Shown: positions 17,567 to 23,968 of the stretch, piece after piece | How positions within the stretch are numbered: the stretch's first letter is position 1 | Layout: each line of letters begins with the position of its first letter | IMG/VR virus record: IMGVR_UViG_2582581315_000004 | Location: 1 to 25,801 of that record | Reading direction: 5' to 3' (one strand) | Length of the DNA: 25,801 nucleotides | DNA from: a virus | Taxonomy: Duplodnaviria > Heunggongvirae > Uroviricota > Caudoviricetes | Translations under genes and position numbers: made by a program | Notes under the pieces: generated by a model | What the model was told of the DNA's origin: nothing | What the model saw: only the letters and a program-made list of their open reading frames with translations | Databases searched by the model: none

Positions 17567-18826
17567 TCAGAGTCGGTTGAAAGATTGATCGATGATCGCC
17601 GCCACATCCTTCTTCACCGCGTCCGGCTGCTTGCTGCCGGTCATGCGCTGGAGATGCGCCGCAATTATCTTTTTGCATAGATCGATATCGGCCGGATCGG
17701 TCGGCTTGCCGCCGTTGTCCGCCCAGAAGGCGTCGCTGGCTTGCGTCGCCTTGTCCTTGTCCTTCTCGGCGCCGTTGCCAGTTCCACCGAAGCGAAAGAG
17801 CGCGCTGGAGAACGCTTCGAAGATGCCAACAGGGGCGCGCTGGGAGGAGGAGTGCGCGCCCCCGTTGGACTTATCATCGCCCGCCTGCGAGGAGGTGGTG
17901 GAGGACGACGAATTGGTGGGGCTCCGGCCGTTCTGGCTGTCGGAAGCCCCGTCGGCTTGATGTGCCGACTTTGCAGAGGACTGGGACCGACTGGGCGTTG
18001 TTCTACCCGCCGCGCCGGACTGTGCCCCTGAATTTGCTTCGATGAGTTCGCCGGTCTCGCCATCGAAACGTTCCATTGGAAGGCCGCCGGCGGCGAGTTG
18101 TTTCGCCGCACCCGGCGTGAACCCATCTCCTGATTGATTTCCGAAACGGCTAGCGAGCGACGGTGTGACGTTGCGCGCATTGTTGGCCCGACGCTCGATC
18201 TCGATTTCAAGCAACTCGTCGTCGGCGAGCACACCCATGATTGCGGCAGGCTTGTAAACGCGCGACCATTCGCGGGTACCGCGGTAGACCAGCATTTTGC
18301 CGAACGTGTTCGGCCGCCATGGAGAACCGTTTCCGGTGGTCTTCCATTCCGCAACTGAACCATCGAGGATGTTATAGCCTGGGAGCCGAATACCTGGCGC
18401 CAGCTCGGAAACGACATCTTCCGGCAGTTCCTGGTCGCACAAGTAGATGCGGTAGTCGTCGGAGGTCGGATTGCCGGTGTAATATTGGTGCAGAACGATG
18501 CCGAAATTCGCCTCAAGCACGGCGGCAATGACTTTGCCTTCAAAGCCGAGCTTGCCGTGAACAATCGCGGCGCACGACAGAAGTGCGAACGGAGATTGGT
18601 TCCAGCGATCAGCTTGTTCACATACGGCGAAAACGTTCGCCACTACCTGCTCACGCGGGAGCGGCTGCTTGTTGTTGCCGCTTCCCTCGAACTTGAGAGT
18701 TTCAGGGACAAGACTCGAGCTGGAGATCCTCTCCGCAAGCGTCCAAAGGTAATCCAGGCGCTCTGGATTAATTGCAGCCGACGGGCGATAGACGTCCGGC
18801 TCAGTTGACGGCGGGAGTTCGTTCAT
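17567..18826 (-). CDS. RecT-family single-strand annealing protein with a long low-complexity linker (419 aa)
   Basis: VFAVCEQADRW..SPFA....AIVHGKLGFEGKVIAAV and YRGTREWSRVYKPAAIMGVLADDEL motifs; directly downstream of the RecE-like gene; ATG18826 overlaps its TGA. Confidence 0.7.
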   Translation of the reverse strand: MNELPPSTEPDVYRPSAAINPERLDYLWTLAERISSSSLVPETLKFEGSGNNKQPLPREQVVANVFAVCEQADRWNQSPFALLSCAAIVHGKLGFEGKVIAAVLEANFGIVLHQYYTGNPTSDDYRIYLCDQELPEDVVSELAPGIRLPGYNILDGSVAEWKTTGNGSPWRPNTFGKMLVYRGTREWSRVYKPAAIMGVLADDELLEIEIERRANNARNVTPSLASRFGNQSGDGFTPGAAKQLAAGGLPMERFDGETGELIEANSGAQSGAAGRTTPSRSQSSAKSAHQADGASDSQNGRSPTNSSSSTTSSQAGDDKSNGGAHSSSQRAPVGIFEAFSSALFRFGGTGNGAEKDKDKATQASDAFWADNGGKPTDPADIDLCKKIIAAHLQRMTGSKQPDAVKKDVAAIIDQSFNRL

Positions 18827-19800
18827 TGTGCAAGTTCCTGTTCGATCTGCGTGAGGCGTCGCTTCGCCCATTCCCGCGTCCATGGGGTGCGGCGGACGAA
18901 GCTGCCGTCGCCGGCGTCGCCTTTCGGGCCAGGCCACTCATTCGTTTGGAGGGCGCGCGCAAAGAGGCGCAGTGCAGCGCGGTTCTCAAGTATGCCGTCG
19001 GCGACATCGTCCGGATGGATGGTGGCGATGCGAACGCTATGCGGTCGCTTCTGCTCGACGTAGATGAGAAAGAAATTCTCCATCATGCGACCAAAGACGT
19101 AGCGGACAGCCTCGAATGTCAGAGCAGCTTGTTGATGGTAGCCGCGATCACCAAGGCCGCGTGAAATGCCATCATCAAAGACGTCAGAAACACACTTGAG
19201 ATCAGCGCCGTCCGCGTCGTTCGGCACAGCGTCGGGTCGCGACTTGATCCAGATTCCGGTCTCTGGATCCTGGTAGAACATCGAAAGCTCGACGTGGCCG
19301 CTCAGAATGCCGCTACAAATGGCCGGCTCTTCCAACATGCTCTTGGCCATGCCACGGATATATTCAAGCTGCTCCGGCTTGATAACGGTGAGCCCATCCA
19401 AGGCCTGTGCTGCTGCCCAAGACTTGCAGTAGTTTGAATTGCCGTTCCAAGGCTTGTCCTCACCCTTGTCACCTGGGTAGGATGCGGGACGAAGGACGAA
19501 GTATCTCCCGAATTCACCCTCGCCGAGCAGGAGATGATGTGCCGCGCGGCCGAGTATCGTCGCCTCGGTGTCCTGGAAAGGCTCCCGGTCCGGATTTAGC
19601 GGCGACTGGTTCCAGTAATGCTTGAGGCTCTTCGAGAAAATCGTCCGAAGCTGACTCGAGCTGATCGACGGCCCGACGCACGGCTGACCATGATAGACTT
19701 CCATCGGCATGTTGCGCACGGCAACGGCGGCATCAACCTTGAGGCCCGGAACGTAGTCGTAGATGCCAAATTCATCGGGCTGAAAATCGAGGTAGCTCAT
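18823..19800 (-). CDS. RecE/ExoVIII-like PD-(D/E)XK exonuclease (DUF3799-like)
   Basis: YH....ISSSQL, GRAAH..LL, WIKSRPD, ADLKC, YHQQAA, F..IYVEQK.PH. Confidence 0.85.
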   Translation of the reverse strand: MSYLDFQPDEFGIYDYVPGLKVDAAVAVRNMPMEVYHGQPCVGPSISSSQLRTIFSKSLKHYWNQSPLNPDREPFQDTEATILGRAAHHLLLGEGEFGRYFVLRPASYPGDKGEDKPWNGNSNYCKSWAAAQALDGLTVIKPEQLEYIRGMAKSMLEEPAICSGILSGHVELSMFYQDPETGIWIKSRPDAVPNDADGADLKCVSDVFDDGISRGLGDRGYHQQAALTFEAVRYVFGRMMENFFLIYVEQKRPHSVRIATIHPDDVADGILENRAALRLFARALQTNEWPGPKGDAGDGSFVRRTPWTREWAKRRLTQIEQELAQ

Positions 19801-21128
19801 TCGGCAGCCTCCAAGGCAGCATCAGACTTGACCATGCCGTCCTCGATAATGATGGCGCCCGGCCGATCAGACTCGACCGTTTCTACCCAGATTTGGAAGT
19901 CATGGGTGGCGGCCATTTCGGAGAGGATCCGCATCGCCGCCGTCCCGAGCAGCGAGCCGTCACGAATGATGATGACGCGGAGCCGTGGGTTGGCCGCCAT
20001 CGTCAAGCCGACTGCGGCGCGCAATTGCTCCGCACTGGACGCCTGGTCAAATGGAACGCCATTGAGCGTCACGCACCCGTCGCCGAAACCAATACCCGGG
20101 ACCGGCATTTCCGCTTTGGCAATAGCATCCGATTTCCGAACGTCGCTCTCGTCTATCGCTTTGGAGAGAGTGTCTGCCTCGTTCTCGAGGCCAGTGACTT
20201 GAGCGATCAGTTCGCCCAAATGCTTCTTGAGCTTGACGGCGGAATTCGTTGCGTTGGCCTCGTCGATCTTCACTCGGACCAACGACGGATCCTTTGGATC
20301 GGGAAGGGGGCCAGCATCAAGGAGTTTCGCCCTTCGTTCCTGGGCAGCTAGCCTCTTCTCTTTGGCCTGATCGTCCAGTTCGTCGGCCTGGCGACGCAGT
20401 TCGATAGCGCGATCGTCCAGCTGCTTTGCTTCGATCTCGAAGCGATCGGCGTCATCCGAGACGCGCTGACGATTGCCCTTGCGTGTTTCGATGTCAGCAT
20501 TAAAGGCACCGACCTCTTGCAATTCGTCCGTCAGGGCAGAGACGTCGATCTCCTCATCCGGCGTGTCATCGGGAAATGAAATGCCGGCCGCCTGCGACTT
20601 CAGCTCGCGGATCTGGCGATTGACGTCGGTCCGGGCGTCGAACGCACGCTTGCGATCGCGGGCTTCAGCCTCGAAATCGAAGCCGGGCACGAAGTCTTTC
20701 AGAATTTCCAATTGGTCGGCAGGTTTCTTTTTGGTGAACTCGAGCGGATCAAACGAGAGCTCGCCGACCATCTTGTTCAGAATATCCTGTGGCTTCTGGA
20801 AACGAGCGCCTTCCTCGGTTTCGACCACCAGTGCTGTGGTGAATGAGCCATCTTCTTGTCGGTTGAATGTCCGACGGATTGTCAGGCCGCCACTGAGCGT
20901 CAGTTCGGTCTTCGCCTTCTCCTGGCCAATGCGGATCGGCTGAGACTGAATCTCCTTCTGGCCGGCCAGATTCCAGAAGATGCTGTCAAGAACAGAGCTC
21001 TTGCCGTTGCCATTCTCGCCGGTTATCTCGACGATGCCTCCTTCAGGCGTGATGTTCACGGCCTTCAGGCGCTTCACGTTTTCGGTCTGCAGCTGCACGA
21101 TCTTATATGACTTGTCGGATCCGGACAT
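19797..21128 (-). CDS. SMC/RecN-like coiled-coil ABC-type ATPase
   Basis: ENVKRLKAV, Walker A GENGNGKSS, central coiled coil, signature SSAEQL, Walker B IIIRDGSLL. Confidence 0.85.
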   Translation of the reverse strand: MSGSDKSYKIVQLQTENVKRLKAVNITPEGGIVEITGENGNGKSSVLDSIFWNLAGQKEIQSQPIRIGQEKAKTELTLSGGLTIRRTFNRQEDGSFTTALVVETEEGARFQKPQDILNKMVGELSFDPLEFTKKKPADQLEILKDFVPGFDFEAEARDRKRAFDARTDVNRQIRELKSQAAGISFPDDTPDEEIDVSALTDELQEVGAFNADIETRKGNRQRVSDDADRFEIEAKQLDDRAIELRRQADELDDQAKEKRLAAQERRAKLLDAGPLPDPKDPSLVRVKIDEANATNSAVKLKKHLGELIAQVTGLENEADTLSKAIDESDVRKSDAIAKAEMPVPGIGFGDGCVTLNGVPFDQASSAEQLRAAVGLTMAANPRLRVIIIRDGSLLGTAAMRILSEMAATHDFQIWVETVESDRPGAIIIEDGMVKSDAALEAAE

Positions 21129-21146
21129 GGTTCTTCCCGAAGGTGG

Positions 21147-21419
21147 TTACTTGCCCAACATCTGGCGTGTGGAAGCGTCGGCAATTGCCGCGCAATCGCG
21201 CTCGAGGGGCTCGGTTATCGCAGGAGTGAGTGAGCTGCGAACGATCTCGGCGATGCGGCGCTGAGTGTCGTCGTCGGCTTTCAAAAATTCCTGGTGCGGA
21301 TTTTGGCGAAAGCGAATGCGTCGCTCTGATTGGTCTTGTCCCGGGAAAACATCGATGGGATCGACGAACAATAGAGCCGAGATGACATTTCGCATCGACC
21401 GCGTAAAATCAGTCTGCAT
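21147..21419 (-). CDS. Hypothetical protein (90 aa)
   Basis: AGGAGG SD upstream of ATG21419. Confidence 0.72.
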   Translation of the reverse strand: MQTDFTRSMRNVISALLFVDPIDVFPGQDQSERRIRFRQNPHQEFLKADDDTQRRIAEIVRSSLTPAITEPLERDCAAIADASTRQMLGK

Positions 21420-21732
21420 TGGAGACTACCTCCTTTGAGGCGCTCTTCATGCGTTCTGCCAGGCCCGTGAAATAGTCCACTCTCTCGCGATGGCTGGCAA
21501 TGTCGACGTCAAGCTGACGATTGGCCGCCTTTGCCTTCCAGTCGGGCAAACGCTTCTGCCCGATCTTCGCCTCGTTGACCTTCTGCTTGATCGCACGTTT
21601 ATGGAATGTGGCAATCGACAGGATCTGAGGCCACGTGCTTCCCTGCGCGAAAGCCTCTTCGATGGAGATCGCGTTCATGGCGGTTAGCCATCCTTCTAAA
21701 TTGTAATTTGGGGAGGGCCTTTTTCCGCTCAT
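21409..21732 (-). CDS. Hypothetical protein, first clear ORF of the leftward operon; start uncertain
   Basis: 107-aa helical, basic ORF overlapping the next gene; no clear SD at 21732. Confidence 0.6.
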   Translation of the reverse strand: MSGKRPSPNYNLEGWLTAMNAISIEEAFAQGSTWPQILSIATFHKRAIKQKVNEAKIGQKRLPDWKAKAANRQLDVDIASHRERVDYFTGLAERMKSASKEVVSNAD

Positions 21733-21947
21733 GCCCGGGAGCGCTAATCAAAGTGGAATCTAATCGGTCTCATGGATCAGCTGATCCGCGCGCAGCGCGC
21801 TGCCAGTAAATTGAAGACGCACCTCCTCGATCCTCCTGCGTGCGCAGGTTCATCCCGTGGGATCGGCGTGGTCGGAGCCGGTTGGTGGATTTCGAAAAGC
21901 ACCTTCCTGTTGGAATATTCCTGGGAATGTCTGGTGCTTGCATCGAA

Positions 21948-21990
21948 CATATATTCTTATGCGCATGTACTGTCAACATGCTTATGAGAA
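21948..21990 (-). promoter_or_regulatory. PL-like sigma70 promoter embedded in a 37-bp imperfect palindromic operator
   Basis: Minus strand TTGACA (21976-21971) N17 TATATG (21953-21948); operator TTCTTATGCGCAT-N11-ATGCTTATGAGAA (21954-21990) closely matches the PR site at 23920-23956. Confidence 0.8.
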
Positions 21991-22000
21991 TTTATTTTGA

Positions 22001-22028
22001 TTGACGAGAATTTCGGGAGGTGTATGTT
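22001..22028 (+). promoter_or_regulatory. Putative rightward sigma70 promoter back-to-back with PL
   Basis: TTGACG (22001-22006) N16 TATGTT (22023-22028). Confidence 0.5.
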
Positions 22029-22058
22029 CGAGATTGCTGGGGCGGGAACGTCGCCGGC

Positions 22059-22099
22059 AAAAAGAAAGACCCCGGCGACGTTGCAAGCGTCCCGAGGTC
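22059..22099 (-). terminator. Intrinsic terminator, leftward
   Basis: Minus-strand stem GACCTCGGGACG / CGTC(G)CCGGGGTC (12 bp with one G-U and one bulge, 7-nt loop), followed immediately by TTTCTTTTT. Confidence 0.75.
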
Positions 22100-22132
22100 A
22101 GACTGGAATGGATGCTTTGCGGCTGATCCAGT
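22059..22132 (-). ncRNA. Candidate ~75-nt LexA-controlled small RNA
   Basis: Bracketed by the promoter at 22167-22139 and the terminator at 22099-22059; 5' hairpin ACTGGA/TCCAGT (22132-22102); no ORF inside. Confidence 0.5.
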
Positions 22133-22133
22133 G

Positions 22134-22164
22134 AGGGAACAATAGCAATGTTCTCTTTTTGTTT
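22134..22164 (+). terminator. Possible weak intrinsic terminator, rightward
   Basis: AGGGAACA-ATAGCAA-TGTTCTCT hairpin followed by TTTTGTTT; it overlaps the LexA box and promoter, so it may be coincidental. Confidence 0.4.
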
Positions 22165-22167
22165 CAA
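22139..22167 (-). promoter_or_regulatory. Leftward sigma70 promoter with extended -10
   Basis: Minus strand TTGAAA (22167-22162) N17 TATTGT (22144-22139), preceded by TGn. Confidence 0.68.
22150..22164. promoter_or_regulatory. Alphaproteobacterial LexA (SOS) box, one mismatch
   Basis: GTTC-TCTTTTT-GTTT versus consensus GTTC-N7-GTTC, with a T-rich spacer; overlaps the -35 and spacer of the leftward promoter. Confidence 0.6.
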
Positions 22168-22183
22168 TCAAAATCTTCCGTTC

Positions 22184-22533
22184 CAAGCTTCATGGGATGT
22201 CTCGACCGCAAGGCGAGACCCCGCAGCCTCGGCATAGCCGAGCTACTGATGGGTAGTTGGGGGCCACGATGTTCGCCCCATGAAGTTGCGCTAGGACACG
22301 GGTGGTTCAGGTGCCTCTGCCATTTATCAGAGGAAAGGGACGAGCAAAGCGCAATGGGAATCCGAAACCCTGCTCGTGAGATCAGCCTTCCAGAGGCTAA
22401 AGAAACGGATCATGAACCGGGCTGGTAAGTGCCGCCATATGGCATGCCGGGGATGCACGGAAACCTCAGAACACTCAGTCGAGTGCTGAACGCGTGCAGT
22501 GCCTATAGGTCGGTTTTCAATCCGGCCTATAGG
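22184..22533. ncRNA. Candidate structured non-coding RNA segment; strand unresolved
   Basis: Dense nested helices, including 22186-22196/22277-22287, a GCAA-tetraloop hairpin (22199-22219), 22454-22498 and 22502-22533; no convincing ORF. Confidence 0.4.
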
Positions 22534-22614
22534 GATTGTTCTGCCCATTTCCTAGAAGCCTAGTCGTTGCTGAATAGAGTTAACTACCTAAATAATAACA
22601 ATAAATAGAGAGAG

Positions 22615-23052
22615 TCATTGCCGAATTGAGTCAATTGCGCGCATGAGGCGTTCTTCCGCATGTTCCGCGGTTGGCGGGCGGTTATCTCTATTCGTTGAAA
22701 ATTTGTATAGTTCGACGATCGATCGAGCTTTTTGCGCGGCGGAAATCCTGCCAGCCAGGCCTATTCGCAGCACGGCTTCTTCGATGGCAATAATCGCCCG
22801 ATAAAGCAGATCGAAATCAAAGGCGTGTTTTGGTCCGCACAAAATTTCAGTTGGCGAGCACCCATAGACCTCAGCGGCGCGCTCTAGGAGGCGCTGTGTA
22901 TAAGGCGACTTTGCATTCTCAATTTGAGACAACAACGGCCGGGAAATATTTAATTCTGCAGCCGCCGCTTGTTGCGATATGCCACGCAGATTTCGCCATT
23001 CGCGCAAATACGTCTTTTGCAACTGATACTTAGGCTTAGCGATTGGTGCCAC
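22615..23052 (-). CDS. XRE-family HTH transcriptional regulator (145 aa from GTG23052; track start TTG23097)
   Basis: YLREWRNLRGISQQAAAAELNISRPLLSQIENAK...LLERAAEVYGCSPTEIL; GGAG SD before GTG23052. Confidence 0.88.
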   Translation of the reverse strand: MAPIAKPKYQLQKTYLREWRNLRGISQQAAAAELNISRPLLSQIENAKSPYTQRLLERAAEVYGCSPTEILCGPKHAFDFDLLYRAIIAIEEAVLRIGLAGRISAAQKARSIVELYKFSTNRDNRPPTAEHAEERLMRAIDSIRQ

Positions 23053-23139
23053 ACGCTTCTCCGTTGCAACTCTGAGGGTGATATTCTTGACCTGCAAGCA
23101 AGTAAAAGTTTTATTGACACCAGATCATGTAAAATGACA

Positions 23140-23154
23140 TTAACAACACGTTAA
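23140..23154. promoter_or_regulatory. CtrA box (TTAA-N7-TTAA)
   Basis: TTAA-CAACACG-TTAA, an exact match, in the intergenic region between the divergent XRE and Tat-protein genes. Confidence 0.65.
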
Positions 23155-23179
23155 GAGTTTAGTGCAAACGGCGGAAGGG

Positions 23180-23207
23180 TTGCAACCGCCCGGGGTGTGG
23201 ATATTAT
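23180..23207 (+). promoter_or_regulatory. Putative sigma70 promoter for the Tat-signal gene
   Basis: TTGCAA (23180-23185) N16 TATTAT (23202-23207); the -35 sits in the palindrome GGTTGCAACC. Confidence 0.5.
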
Positions 23208-23297
23208 GCCGGTGGCAGGAATATATACCTACAATCACCGGATTTCCCTTGCCAATGTTCATGTTTTGATCCACTTTTTGGGGGTAAGGAGAGATCG

Positions 23298-23513
23298 ATG
23301 GAAACACGCAGGCAATTATTAAAATCAGCATCAATTTTGGCCGCCGCTGCGGCGGTGGCCATCCCAACTAAACCCTTGGCCGCAAAGCCGGCTGATGAGT
23401 GCGAGCTGTACGCCAACAAGTTATGCGACTCTCTAGCTAGAAAGTTTGGCGGAAAATGGCAATTCCAGTTGACCGCGGGGCAAGACGCCATGCTGGTATG
23501 CAAAAACCTATGA
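23298..23513 (+). CDS. Small twin-arginine (Tat) signal protein, 71 aa
   Basis: AAGGAG SD; N-terminal TRRQLLK, hydrophobic SILAAAAAVAI, PLA/A cleavage site; ~43-aa mature part with 3 Cys. Confidence 0.78.
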   Translation: METRRQLLKSASILAAAAAVAIPTKPLAAKPADECELYANKLCDSLARKFGGKWQFQLTAGQDAMLVCKNL

Positions 23514-23882
23514 TGAACTGTCTTCCTGGCGTTTTTTCATCAGGGAGAATGTTTCGGCCATGTCGGTGAGCTGCTGCTTTAGCGACACATCCATAGTTTC
23601 CATGATGGAAATCACCCGCTGGATATAGGGATCGCTATCCTTGGTCGTCAGATGAACTGCCGGCGTCTTTCCAGTCACCTGCTCATAAAGCGCATAGATC
23701 TTGACGGCATATTTTGCATCGGGTGTTTGGGGCCGAATACTTTTTGTGCCGAGCCATTTGCTTATGTACGGTTGAGGCACGCCCATATCATTGGCCATGC
23801 GAATTCGCGGCTTTCCAATGCCGTCGGATTGGTAAGCTGCTTCGATTTCTTTCAACAGATCTAAAAGATTCTTCTCTTCCAT
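23508..23882 (-). CDS. CI-like HTH repressor without an S24 peptidase domain (124 aa from ATG23882)
   Basis: HTH-like RIRMANDMGVPQPYISKW; divergent from the cro-like gene; the track extension to 23945 runs through the promoters. Confidence 0.72.
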   Translation of the reverse strand: MEEKNLLDLLKEIEAAYQSDGIGKPRIRMANDMGVPQPYISKWLGTKSIRPQTPDAKYAVKIYALYEQVTGKTPAVHLTTKDSDPYIQRVISIMETMDVSLKQQLTDMAETFSLMKKRQEDSSS

Positions 23883-23889
23883 GGGCAGG

Positions 23890-23918
23890 ACTATAACATT
23901 CCTGCGCGCATAAAACAA
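23890..23918 (-). promoter_or_regulatory. PRM-like promoter of the repressor gene, leaderless geometry
   Basis: Minus strand TTGTTT (23918-23913) N17 TATAGT (23895-23890) with TGn; only 7 nt from the -10 to ATG23882. Confidence 0.65.
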
Positions 23919-23919
23919 A

Positions 23920-23962
23920 TTCGTACAAGCATATTGACATGACATGCTTGTAAGAATATGTT
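23920..23962 (+). promoter_or_regulatory. PR-like promoter embedded in a 37-bp palindromic operator
   Basis: TTCGTACAAGCAT-N11-ATGCTTGTAAGAA (23920-23956); TTGACA (23934-23939) N17 TATGTT (23957-23962); 6 nt to ATG23969. Confidence 0.82.
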
Positions 23963-23968
23963 CGCCTC

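Noticed and set aside
17830-18010. Tandem repeat or replication-origin iterons in the RecT-like gene
   Set aside because: Low complexity at the protein level only (Ser/Gly/Thr); no repeated nucleotide unit.
22330-22345. GAGGAAAG resembling the RNase P RNA P4 start
   Set aside because: It is not followed by TCC, and the other conserved RNase P elements are absent; tmRNA, SRP, group I/II intron and hammerhead cores were also not found.
21982-22548. Track ORFs 21982..22167, 21992..22186, 22159..22428 and 22327..22548 as proteins or a type I toxin
   Set aside because: No good SD, no hydrophobic toxin-like segment, and they cross promoter, operator and terminator elements.
22580-22594. Second CtrA box
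   Set aside because: Only one TTAA half-site (TTAA-CTACCTA-AATA).
23913-23926. AAAC-N6-GTAC as a LexA box at the switch
   Set aside because: The spacer is 6 nt rather than 7, and the site is explained by the PRM -35 and the operator arm.
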